The notes under the pieces: generated by a model
The model's input: the letters and a program-made list of their open reading frames with translations, nothing else
The model's database searches: none
What the model was told of the DNA's origin: nothing
From: Octopus bimaculoides
Taxonomy: Eukaryota
Length of the DNA stretch: 35,520 bases
Direction of reading: 5' to 3'
NCBI RefSeq assembly: GCF_001194135.2
Contig: NC_068983.1
Location: 77,409,098-77,444,617 of the forward strand
Shown: positions 13,451-25,779 of the stretch, one piece after another
How the letters are laid out: every line of letters begins with the position of its first letter
Numbering within the stretch: position 1 is the first letter of the stretch
Translations under genes and position numbers: made by a program

Positions 13451-13780
13451 TACACACACACACACANNNNNNNNNNNNNNNNNNNNNNNNNNNNNNNNNN
13501 NNNNNNNNNNNNNNNNNNNNNNNNNNNNNNNNNNNNNNNNNNNNNNNNNNNNNNNNNNNNNNNNNNNNNNNNNNNNNNNNNNNNNNNTATATATATATGT
13601 ATATATATACATATACGAGTGGCTTCTTTTCCGGTTCCGTCTACCAAATCCACTCACAAGACTTTGGTTGGGTCGATGATATAGTAGAAGACACTTGCCC
13701 AAGGTGCTACGCAGTGGGGCAAAACCGAGAAACTATATGGTCGGTAGGCAAGCTACTTACCACACATCCACTCCTGCGCC
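13208..13780 (-). mobile_element. Composite tRNA-derived SINE with internal (TA)n(TG)n microsatellite spanning the gap 13467-13587
   Basis: Minus-strand head ggcgcaggagtggatgtgtggtaag...gcaccttgggcaagtgtcttctac...gatttggtagacggaac, then microsatellite, then 3' part ending gctccagcatgactgcagtcaaatgactgtaacaaataaaag. Confidence 0.85.
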
Positions 13781-14641
13781 TAAGAGAAGTTTAAAAACAA
13801 TCTAAGTATAAAACGCGATTAGGCTGCATTTTAATCGACCAGAAATTATCCAAAAGGAATTAGATCCATGTCAGCTCAGGAATAATGTGAGTTAAATACT
13901 GTGGCTTTTGTTAGTTTATTTCCCTTCTTTCCGTTAAGAAATGAAACCTTATCCCCAGCAAAGACCAATGGCTGAGAATCTATATGCATGTACCTATTCT
14001 TTAATTTTTGAGAATTCACTAATTCTAGGCCAAACTTCTCTAATTCTCTAATTGTAGACCAAACGTCTCCCGTTCCATTTTTCAAATTAGACAAGACTAA
14101 ATTTTCTTCCTTCGACTCAGCATAAAACATTGCATTTCAGTTAGCCACATATATGAGAGGGTGATATGGAAACAGAATAATGGCCCTTCTTATGAAACAT
14201 ATTACCAAACTACTACCTGAGGTCATTCTAATCATTCAACTTACCTCCACTCGTCTCCTGTTTCAAGCACTACATTTCTGTCACTTAAAAATCCAGAGTC
14301 TGTGTTCCACTGCGACAATTTTCAGCTTTCACTGCTTTTCCTGTAGTAATATAAATTTAATGAATTGAAACTTTTATCACACTTCCACCTGCATTTTTAT
14401 TACTAAAGAACTCTTTACCAGACGACCACAAGTATTTTTATTGACATATAGAAGTTTAAAATTATGTTTCAAAATGTTTAAACTATGGGTTGCATGTAAA
14501 TCTTATGAAGTAACAAACATAATATTATATCAAATACCAATGTAGAACGAGCAAAGGAGAAGATTGCTAATAAAGCTGCTGTCACTTGAATCGACAACTA
14601 AGATGAAAAGGTGCTTCCTCACGATCACATTTTCAAATAAT

Positions 14642-14646
14642 TTATG

Positions 14647-14731
<85 letters not shown>

Positions 14732-14815
14732 GTATATATATATGTGTGTGAATATACATGTACATATGCATATACATGTATACACATGCATATGTATATA
14801 CCGAGGTATATTTGC

Positions 14816-14887
<72 letters not shown>

Positions 14888-14890
14888 ATA
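14642..14890. repeat. (TA)n / (TG)n compound microsatellite
   Basis: Direct. Confidence 0.95.
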
Positions 14891-15299
14891 CACAACTTAA
14901 AATTCAGAAGATGGTGATGTAGCATGAATATATAATTTATTAACTGTAAAAGTTCAGCAAATTCTCTTACAGCTGTTTCGAGTCTGCTCAAAGAGTTATA
15001 TTCAATAATTTAATCATCGTATTGGGCACCATTACAATATACCCTTATTTAATTCCGGATATAAAGATTACGTGTACATTAACTCAAATAAATAGATCAT
15101 AATACACCTATAATTGATAATACTACTGATAAATTGAATAGAATTTGGTTAATTATTCCTTATGTTATACAAATAAAAAATAACATCATTAATTCGATCT
15201 TCAAGATTATTCATGAACATTTTAATACCAACAATATATATAATGAATGAATTAACAATAAAACCATTAATATTAGTTTAGCCTAACCCGTTACTTATT

Positions 15300-15960
15300 T
15301 ACTATTATATCATCCATAAATGATAGGAAACTAGAAAAATTCTACTTAAATAGAAACAACGCTACTGGACTTAAGTTACCCCTCACTACCTCTAATAACC
15401 TTAATAATTCTGCTAATATTTCTCCTAATAATAGAAAATTTAAAAACAATACAAAAACAACGAACATCACCTCATCTAATACACAAACTTACAATAGTAC
15501 TAATGGTAATTGTGATTGCAAGGTTAAAAGATAATTGTATATTTAAGAAATCATGTAAATGTAAAAATGTAATGTACCAAAGTACAGTTATAACTCAAGG
15601 TAAATTAAAGCCCGCGTCACGCCCCTTTTGCATACCTTTAGATATATACAAAAAATCTACGTCTACAGGATTAAGTAAACTCATCTGGCATAAATTAAAG
15701 GATTATGATATCATTTTCGATCTTAAATGGGATATAATTTACTCTGCCACATCTTATAAGGTCAATGATAAAAAGTGTTCTCTTTGTTTAACTGAAGCAT
15801 TTTTTATTCTAAAATCCCAAAATACCCTACTTACCCTTATAAATAAAAAGAGTATATCCTGTATTCACGCAGGAAAATATGTATTTTCCAAATTTAAATA
15901 ACGAGTTTATTATCTCTCACACTACTAGAGTTACACACACCTTTAAGATGATAAAATTAC
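15300..15960 (+). mobile_element. Penelope-like element C-terminal linker and GIY-YIG-type endonuclease relic (Hydra-clade-like)
   Basis: With a +1 frameshift at ~15529: CDCKVKDNCIFKKSC (CxCx5Cx5C), KNVMYQSTV, STGLSKLIW.KLKD, KWDII, KCSLCLTEAFFIL, LINKKS, CIH. Confidence 0.75.
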
Positions 15961-16102
15961 TTATGAACAACTTTTATAAAGTAAACACTTCTAATATTCT
16001 ATATTTTAGATTTAGATTACAATATGTTTATTTAATCTTCCTTCTAGAAATAACCTATCCAATTTTTACAATGTGATAAATATTTTTAGATTATATATTA
16101 AC

Positions 16103-16290
16103 GCAGCACTGCGAGCTGGAAGAATTGTTAGCACGCAGGGCCAAATTCTTTACAGTACTTCGTCCGCCGCTATACTTTGAGTTCAAATTCCACTGAGGTC
16201 GACTTTTCTTTTCATCCTTTCGGAATCGATAAATTAATTACCAGTGAGACACAAATTTCAAGCCTTGTGCCTATAGTAGAAAGGATCATA
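16103..16290 (+). mobile_element. SINE family A copy with internal deletion
   Basis: gcgagctggaagaattgttagcac...gagttcaaattccactgaggtcgac...catcctttcgg, joined directly to the tail aaatttcaagccttgtgcctatagtagaaagg. Confidence 0.8.
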
Positions 16291-16699
16291 TATTAACGAA
16301 GTAATATCAGCATCCTTCCAAATTTTAACTCACCATTCTGTTGCCCCGATATAAATCACTATACAACATTTTTCCTTAATCTCATCCTTAACGATTATAA
16401 TTTATAATTTTTTATCCGGAAATACGCTATTCAATTGTCGAAACCAGAAAAGCATTTCATATATTTACGTAGAAATATAAGTATCTTCAAAATCTTAACT
16501 ATTTTATTTACTTGAATAGTAACACCTATTTTCTGTCTCACGAGACCAATTGTAAATACTCCTCTAATTCCATAGATAAACGATTAATTATAATACACCT
16601 CCCCTTGATCTCTACCTAACTAATAAATATTTAACATATATCCGTCGCTCGATTTATTCCTTTACACATAAGTCCGAACACTATAACAATTAATTTCAA

Positions 16700-16775
16700 C
16701 GTACTAGGGTCGATGTAATCGACTGGCCCATTCCTCCAAAATTTCGGGCCTTGTGCTTAGAATAGAATAGTATAT
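16700..16775 (+). mobile_element. SINE family A 3' fragment
   Basis: gtactagggtcgatgtaatcgactgg...aaaatttcgggccttgtgc. Confidence 0.75.
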
Positions 16776-17240
16776 TTTTTAACCACTGCCATCTTTAATA
16801 TCAGTTATCCAATATTCCAGAATAGAATTGCTGTACTTGATAACTTCTGTATATAATTTTTGTATTTGATATTTTCCACATAACTTTCTCATTAAATATT
16901 CTGATAAATCCTCAACTATATATTAACACAAGATAAGCACTGATATCATGATATTAATATAACTTCTGTAGATATTTAATTCTCTTTCATATAAATATAC
17001 GTATATTCACATATATAAACTTCTGCATATTATTTAATTTAATTATTTTAATAATATTTTTAATATTACTATAACATTACTGAACACACCACTAAATTTT
17101 TATACATATATATATATATGTGTGTGTATGCGTGCGTGTGTGTGTGTTTGCTCTTAGGTGTATACATTATCTTACTTAAACATATAGTGTGCATATATAA
17201 ATATATATGTCTGCGTATACGTATATGTATATATTGTGGA

Positions 17241-17624
17241 GGCGCAATGGCCCAGTGGTTAGGGCCGCGGACTCGCGGTCTTAGGGTCGTGGTTTCGATT
17301 CCCAGACCGGGAGTTGGGACTGTTTATTGGTTTATTGAGCGAACACACTTAAAGCTCCTCGAGGCTCCAGGAGGGGTGGTGGTGAACCCTGCTGTAGTCT
17401 TTCACCACAACTTTCTCTTACTCGTTCTTCCTGTTTTCGTTGTGCCTGTATTTTAAAAGGCCAGCCTTGTCATTCTCTGTGTCACGTTGAATCTCTCTGA
17501 GAACTACGTTAAGGTTACACGTGTCTGTGGAGTGCTCAGCTACTTGCACAGTAATTTAACGAGCAGGCTGTTCCGTTGATCGGATCAACTGGAACACTCG
17601 TTGTTATAACCGACAGAGTGGCAA

Positions 17625-17626
<2 letters not shown>
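17241..17626 (+). mobile_element. tRNA-derived SINE, near full length, flanked by TA-rich microsatellites
   Basis: ggcgcaatggcccagtggttag A-box, ggtttcgattccc B-box; body ends gttgatcggatcaactggaac...ccgacagagtggcaag. Confidence 0.85.
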
Positions 17627-17661
<35 letters not shown>

Positions 17662-17799
17662 TATAAACTAATATGTGTAGGCTTTTGGTATATAATGAGC
17701 CTATGTAAATGTAAACGTGGGTACATATGTTTATGCTTGTATGAATATAAACGAAAAGGTGTACCTTTTTGATAGATAGATATATAATTATATATTGAC

Positions 17800-18065
<266 letters not shown>

Positions 18066-18250
18066 TAGGCGTATGTGCGTAAGTAGTAATACTATTCATT
18101 CGGTGTTTGAATAATTTCTTGATTAGTTAAATGTTATCATATGTGTTATTATTTAGATAAAATAGACTTTACTGAATTTCGTTTTATGTATAGTTAGCAA
18201 TATTCTTTACTTGTTGTCTGATTATTTTTTCAGTTTATTGTGTTATCTGG

Positions 18251-18253
<3 letters not shown>

Positions 18254-18330
<77 letters not shown>
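18254..18330. repeat. (ATT)n microsatellite
   Basis: Direct. Confidence 0.95.
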
Positions 18331-18331
<1 letters not shown>

Positions 18332-18594
18332 ACATGATAATCTAACATTTTAGATAAGTTAAACTTCATTTCAGTTATTCATATCCTCAGTAATTTTACC
18401 TGAGTTGAGGAGAAAAATATATCTATAATATAAATTAAACATGGGCGACCGTTGTATTCTTTCTTTCTCAAGGTTCATGGCCAAACGGCTGGGTGGATTC
18501 GCATGAAAAATGGCACACATGTGCAGACGTGAGCATAGATTAGAACACGCTTTGTATGTTTTTCTAGCCCCCATAGTTACCGAGAAAATCGATT

Positions 18595-19730
18595 AAAACA
18601 ACTTTATTGCCCACAAGGGGCCAACAGAGAGGGGACAATACAAAACACGGGTCGAATAAAACGAATGAATTTTACAATGAAATGGAAAATTAAAAATTTC
18701 GGGAAAATATAGCCTATGATTAAAACAAAGACAATACAATGGAGTGGAGGACGGTTTCCGCTCCGACACCACAAGCCCCGTTCTACCACTGAGATCTTTT
18801 AAATTTTCTTCATTGTTTCCACTTACATCTGGTCATTTATACTAAGCATTCGTGCCACTTTCTTCCATCTATTGTTATATATTGCAGACGACAGACATCT
18901 CCTCTCCAACCGTATTTTCCTTTTGAGATGGAAAATAAAGAAGGTTACTAAACCTTGGGTGGATATGATGACGCCTACCGCTACTCATTTCATTCAAGAT
19001 TTTCATAGTGCCTATTTCACCATAGCAATTACAAGGAGAAAACAAATCTTTCCTTAGTGCTTATTTCGCATGACAGCTGTACTTTCTCCCACACGAGACA
19101 GCTGTTCGGCATAAATCCATAATTCTGAAATTTTGGCATGAAAGTTCTGAAAGTTTCTCTGTCCTGCTCACATCTTGGACATGTCGGCGAACACTGACCT
19201 CCATGCCTTCCGAGATTATAACGAACATGTAAGGCTCCTCTGTAACACTGCTAAGCCGGGGACTTTTGGAAACTATCCAAGGACCTGTCTGGAATGTACG
19301 TCGGAACAGGCGAGCTAATTGACCATCACGGATATCCAGGGTGTCTGCTAGGATATTGTTACACTTCACCTTTACCAACCCACTATAGAACGACGAGGTG
19401 GAACCCTGACCACCTGCGCCACCCGTGCGAGAGGGAAGACGACAGCTCTGGCGGCATTCGGCTTGCCAAGCCCTTGCTTTCGGTCTACACTTAATCCAAG
19501 AAATCAGTCCACTAAATCTAGTGAACTTTAAAAAACTCGCCTCGACGAACGGAGACCATACCTATTCACCCTCCAGGTAGAGCCCGATATGTCTTAGCCT
19601 CAACGCATGACTGCGCACCTTTAGCCATGGCAACCCTAACCCATCCTTTAGCAGTTTTTGGCAGCAGATAGAGCACCTTACAAGAGGAGTCTTTCTCCCT
19701 CACACAAAGGTGAAAACTATTTCAATATGC
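18595..19730 (-). mobile_element. 5'-truncated L1/Tx1-clade LINE: ORF2 C-terminus and 3'UTR, decayed
   Basis: Minus frames give DGLGLPWLKVRSHALRLRHI, FQKSPA*QCYRGALHVR...TCPRCEQDRET (zinc knuckle) and FHLKRKIRLERRCLS...RWKKVARML; AATAAA on the minus strand at 18603-18608. Confidence 0.85.
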
Positions 19731-19779
19731 TGGCCACTAATATATTTTATCCTTATATTAGAAGTAAATTTCTTACCAT

Positions 19780-20100
19780 TCACTTCGGGACTGGTTATTA
19801 CTTCACGTGAGTTTCCTGACCGACTTACACGTGTGTTGAGGCTTGCTACAGAATTTCTATTTCGATATATTTTGGGTACTTAAATGTAATCATGACTGTG
19901 CATCTGCTTTTTCCGTGGGTATATGTAAGTATTCCATTTCTTCTTTACGTGTTCCTCGCTGATGAAGGTAGAATCCTTTTGGATTAATCCAAAAATCGCT
20001 GTAATTCGGGGATAACGGAACTTTAAAAATTTCTGTTAGTTTGCTTTCCTCGTTTCAACACGCTGTGTATTTATAGTGAAAAATATTATATGATGTTAGA
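19780..20100 (+). mobile_element. Probable PLE terminal repeat (pLTR) relic with degenerate hammerhead core
   Basis: T-rich UTR-like sequence with CTGATGA at 19959-19965, hairpin gaatcc-tttt-ggatt, and flanking complementarity gttcctcg / cggggata. Confidence 0.4.
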
Positions 20101-22569
20101 CGATCTAATGTCTATTTTTCAACATATTGACATAGAAATTTACTTTGTTTTGCCCCTATATTTATATATATATTTAATGAATTTGTTTGTATGTGTATCT
20201 GTGCGTCACTACAGGATTTCCTTAGATTTTTAGTGTATAAAGTATCATTTTATACTTCAATCAAATGTTTCTTAATGTTCATTGCACGTACAATACTTAT
20301 TCGATCGGTCTATCAACATTTGGGTAAAGTAAATATTGTCTGCCGATCATTCTTCCAACACGTTTGAATCTCCAATTGTAGTTGGACAAGGCATTCAGAG
20401 TTTCCACAAATATATGCACAACACAACATGTTGTGTTCATTAAAATTTGATTTATATACACAGAAAGATTTATATTTACATATACGCAAACACGTTTATG
20501 TTTGTTTGCCCATTTGCGATTGTCTATATGGGTGTATGTAAGTATATATGTATTTTTGTGCGTATATTTGTAAACGTCTGTACTGACTAATCATATGAAG
20601 ACTACATTTTGGGATAATCAAGTGTGTATTTTGTAATTAGGCAGGACGAATAATTCTAGCTTTTGCTGTCAGTTAATCTCCCTGCAGGGATAACTTGCTA
20701 ACACATTATTATGAACAAGTATATAGCTTTCTGTAATGTGTGATTAAATTTCTATTTTGTCACCCAACAGGCTCATACATTAATGCATACATACATATAT
20801 TCATACGCACACACACACATACATACATATCTGTACATACATAGAAATTATTTAACGTACATGGATGCACACAAGAATACTAGCAAACACGGAGATAATG
20901 AAGAGAATTACTGAATTTAGTCATTCTTCTGGAAGTAATATTCTAAAATGTGCTTAGCATTTTAAGAGGAAATGGAAACTGAAAATTATGTCAAGAATTG
21001 CAATTATATAAAATGTTAATTGAAATAAATTTAAAATGAAAATTACAGTCTCAGTGAGTTATATAATTCTGAGCATTTAGTACTAAATGTAAATTTAGTT
21101 AATCTAAACTGTACGATCATTACAATATAAATGTAATATAACTCAACATATTGACTAATGAAATCCGGGCTAATATCATTTATAATATCAATTTTATGGT
21201 GCTTTACACTTTATGATACGAAAACTGAATACTTACTATGAAGAATTTCAATCGAATTACAGTAATATATTACTACCCGACTGTTGTTAGAAATAAAACA
21301 GTGCAGACGTACCACAACTAATGTCCTCGAAAGTTTTAGATACAAAATCGCCATCAAAGGAAATTATGTGGACAGCAAAATATATCTTAATAACCCATCA
21401 ATACTACTAGAATGATAGGAATACCAGTTCGTCGTTTATTCTTCAATTCCGTCAAACCATTGCATTTGGAGAATATGTGAGAGGATTCTAGAAGGTGTAT
21501 TTTAAATACAAAATGGTTAAAACTCAAGATAATATAACTTTGAAAGTGAGAGCGGCTCCACCAGTTGTTGATCCAAGAGTATTCATATTATATTCGCTGA
21601 CTTACATTAGCATGCATGCCCGCCTAATGATTAGCAGAATTAATTAGTTATGTTGTTCATTGTGAAAGGACTATGTAAATTCCCTGAATGTTTATTTTCA
21701 GTAGTCAGGCATGGAATGCATTCTTAGGTGCCCCTTTCAACATTCACGTTACAATTTGCTCAGCTGACAGAAATATTTTCATTAGTGAAGGTTGTCATTA
21801 ACTATCATGCAATAAGGAATGACTCTTTGAGTCCAGTCATCTTTCCGATTTGTCTATTTTATTTTAGTGAACGGCTATTGACCTGGAGATTGCTGCTTTT
21901 GCTTCTGTAGTATTGGATTTTTAACTCATACACACCGAATTAATCATGCGTCCTGTCGAGTAGAACATACACGTGTTCAGTAATTGTAGAGTAAAATATA
22001 TTGAAGGCACGAATTAGCTGTGTACACAGAGTTCTGAGGGCTACATTTCTTATCCGTATGTCATTACCGCTGAATACTCATGTATTGTTGCAAATGTCGC
22101 TTCTCATGTCTTACAAAGTAGCTGTGCCATTCGGCATCTCTTATTAGACTATTGATCAGGTCTATTACAGTTGCAAAGCTGGTTTGTAGTGTTTAATCGA
22201 ATTGAAGTCAAACAGGAATATTTATCGTACCCAGAATTCATATCATATGCTTAGGATGGAGATGGCTTTTCTTCATACCATTTATTTGGTGTAAATGTTT
22301 GCACTATCCATAACGTTGATTTATTTCTCTGGCCAATAACGCACCAGTACGTTATATAGATATTTGTATCACAGAGATACTATTTCAGTGAAACATATCC
22401 TTTTCAATTTCAAGTTTCACGGCCTAAACAAAACCAAACCATATGCAATGCATATAATAGTTTCTACCTTGTTGCAACTGCTTTGGATTCTATCGTCCAC
22501 TTGTAGTGGCAGAGTTGATAATTTTCTTCCAATTCTGCTAGACGGAAAACAAATTCGAATTGCTATTTT

Positions 22570-22790
22570 TATTTGTGTGTGTGTATTGTATCGTGGGCGT
22601 GTGTATGTGTGTGTGTGCGTGCGCGTGTATAAATGTGTATGTGCGTGCGTGTGTGTGTGTGTTTGAGAGAGAGATTGGAATGACACTGTATTTTACAAAT
22701 ATATGTTGCCACCTAAATTAAAAGGTTCAGTTGCAATACCGAAAGCAACTACTACTACTACTACTACTAATACTACTACTACTACTACTG

Positions 22791-22850
<60 letters not shown>

Positions 22851-22870
22851 ATATATATATGTGTGTGTGC
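22570..22870. repeat. (TG)n and (CTA)n microsatellites
   Basis: Direct; (CTA)n at ~22748-22850 produces the poly-T/S/L ORFs. Confidence 0.95.
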
Positions 22871-23099
22871 GTGCCTGTATGTGAATGTGTACAATATAGA
22901 TAGCCCCCGTAGCCAATATATCAACAGAAACAACTTATTACTGGGGGTTATTATGACCAGGCATACAGTCCTCACATCCGCATATCCAAGTGCACAAACA
23001 CGTTTATGAACACACATCTACAAATTAACTCATACACACAAAAATACGATGGATAGAACTATCCTCTTTAATGACAGATTTAACAAAATAATTCAAAAC

Positions 23100-23300
23100 T
23101 ATACACACACACACACACACACATACACACACACATATATATGTATATATATNNNNNNNNNNNNNNNNNNNNNNNNNNNNNNNNNNNNNNNNNNNNNNNN
23201 NNNNNNNNNNNNNNNNNNNNNNNNNNNNNNNNNNNNNNNNNNNNNNNNNNNNNNNNNNNNNNNNNNNNNNNNNNNNNNNNNNNNATATATATATATATAA
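23100..23300. repeat. (CA)n/(TA)n microsatellite spanning gap 23153-23284
   Basis: Direct. Confidence 0.9.
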
Positions 23301-23424
23301 CATGCCATAGCGTCACATATCTGTTTCCCTTGAAGTTATGAATATTGAATACATATTATCAGAGAACGTACCACACATGCAGGACATACACGGGATAGAA
23401 CTTATATAATATATTAGCACAAAC

Positions 23425-23620
23425 CCATTAATTTGAGGTGAGTTGACTACATCGTTTCCATTTTCCAGAAGCTATTTATTTTATCTGAGGATACTTATTT
23501 TATAAGAAGGATGAAACGCAAGATCAACCTCGGCGGAATTTCAACTCAGATCGTAAAGATAGACGAAATATCGCTAAATCATTTTGTCCGCAGTGGTAAC
23601 AATTCTGCAAGCTCGCCACT
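23425..23620 (-). mobile_element. SINE family A copy
   Basis: Reverse complement: agtggcgagcttgcagaattgttacc...gagttgaaattccgccgaggttgatc...catccttc. Confidence 0.8.
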
Positions 23621-24499
23621 TTAATTTATTTAATATATTACAATAAAATATATGCTTCTAGCAGAAATTCGTTTATATATGAATTTGTGAATTCCATTAA
23701 TTTTTTAGTTGATTTTACGCTTTTCAGACTGCCACAAGATATCAAATGAACTTTCATATTGTGTTTGTGCTGCTGCATTACTCCAACAATTTCTCAGAAA
23801 AAGTTATTAAATATGCTTTCAAATTTTATTCTAAAGAAAACAATTTCAACAACAAACGAATAGTTTTTATTACATTAGAAACCACTGCTAAATAATTCAT
23901 TTTTCTGTTTTATTAAGACACGCAATTTTATTAAGAATTCTTGAAATATAGCCATTTCGTTAAAGACATGTATATTCTGTTAAAAACTTTTTTAGCAAAT
24001 TTACATTTTACTAAAAAATAATTTCTCCTGTAGATTTATAGATCGATCTTAGCGATTTTATGATATTTTATAAATAGCGAATTTTCATCCTAGGAATATC
24101 TACTGATTCAAATATATGAGAGTGCGATTTCTCGGTGCAAGATTTTGTGAGAAAGGAATGGCATGTTAGGCATATTTCAGAGAAAGAAGACTTAATGCTT
24201 CCAGCCAGAATTTTTATGGGAATGTAATGGAAAACGCAATAACCAAAGATATTTATGTTGGAATTAACTAACAATCGGAAGACTGCTGTTAATATTCAGT
24301 TTCAATTTCTCTTCTTAATCACCGTAGATAATGCTTTAGTAATGATATTTTGTGTGTAACATTAGAATGTGTCCGAATGTGACTGCTAAATAGTCATTAA
24401 AAAAAACATTGCACAGACTGTTCGGGTTAACTCTGGCAGATTGCATAAAAAGAAAAGAAGATACAATATCCCAATTAGAAATTAAGGTACTTTAATATA

Positions 24500-24630
24500 T
24501 ATACCAGATTATGAGTGAAACATAACAGTTGACACTAAGTAGCCGCCCTTAGCTTTCACCACGGCTTGAAGCAGGTACTGGAACATGGTACATGCATTTT
24601 TCATTGTGTGTAAATGTATGAGTTTACAGA
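24500..24630 (-). mobile_element. maT/DD37D-like Tc1-mariner transposase C-terminus (3' piece)
   Basis: ACTMFQYLLQAVVKAKGGYL matches the ACxxFRxRxEAVVxAxGGY terminal motif. Confidence 0.7.
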
Positions 24631-24633
24631 TGA

Positions 24634-25415
24634 TAAGAGTTGGAATCAAAAAGTTACGGACTAAATTTGTAGCGCGCCAACAGATTGCAGCATACGGTTG
24701 CATGTTCAATCAGAGCTAGCAGTGACCTTTATGAGGCAGTATGCCGAGTGATATTGCTATGAGTATACGACAAGTTGTGAAATTTGTGTTTTTGTGATCA
24801 CGTGTATGCTGTAGTCTGCAATTTTTGATATGGACAGGAAGTTGAAACAAAGAGCCAACGTGAATTTTTACGTTAAACTTGGGAATCCGCTACTGTGACA
24901 TTGAGCATGCTTCAGCAAATAACATGTCACACGGCATGGGAACATCAAAAGCAGACGAAAGTCACTGGAAGACGATGAGCGATCTTGAAGATCAGCTACG
25001 AGCGTCACCATGGGAAATATGATATTGGGCATCGAGGAGTTGTTTCCCAGGGTGAGACCGTTAATCGAGAGTCCTACCGCAATGTTTTGAAGCTTTTGAA
25101 GGAAGACATTCGATAAAAGCGACGAGATCTGTGGAGCGCGAAGAATTGGATTCTTCACCGATCTCTCCCCACTCATGCGTTTTCCGCCAAAAACAACATA
25201 GTATTCGCCAGATTTAGTTTCTACGAACTTCCATCTTTTCCCCCTAGATGAAAATGTATCTCAAAAGGCTCCGTTTTAACACCGATATCGAGATCAAGAA
25301 CTAATTATAAATGCACTTCAATTCGCCTGCCGAAAACGACTTCCAAGCCGGATTGCAAAATTGCTGCAGCTGGGACCGATGCATTGCTGCGCGAAAGTGA
25401 CTATTTCAAAGGCAC
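24634..25415 (+). mobile_element. Internally deleted mariner (DD34D-type) transposon relic
   Basis: TIR-like taagagttggaatcaaaaagttacggac at 24634; FYVKLG..AT..LSMLQQ, SLEDDERS, RGVVSQGETVNRESY, DLWSAKNWILH and terminal DYFKG fragments; no 3' TIR seen. Confidence 0.85.
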
Positions 25416-25779
25416 CTCGCACTCATGGCCTGGATGCGGCCCGGCCTCTGAAAATATAAGAAGGTAAGGGCTAAAACACTTGCCTCAGTGGGGTTTGTTT
25501 ACTCCACTAGATATCGCTATGGAGAGAAATTAATAGATGTTATTCGGACAAAGGAAACTGTATGGGGAAGGATTGAGAAATAAATTGTAAAAATATCGGA
25601 GAAGATACAAGTAATTAAAAGTAAAAAACGAAAAAGCAAGTGATAAATAACAACAAATTAAATGAAATACAAAATGTTATTTGAACGCTTGCATATTGAT
25701 CGGCAGTAAGGCAGGAGTTTATCATACAGTACTTTGCAAAAGTTATTTATGTGAATTATTTAGTCTGAGATAAGTGACC

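Noticed and set aside
18371-18590. Possible Helitron/MITE-like fragment beside the Tx1 3' end
   Set aside because: No termini or hairpin that I could verify
22100-22560. Possible IS630/Tc1 relic on the minus strand (VMDSANIY, DFNSIKHY)
   Set aside because: Only two weak motifs, with frameshifts and no TIRs
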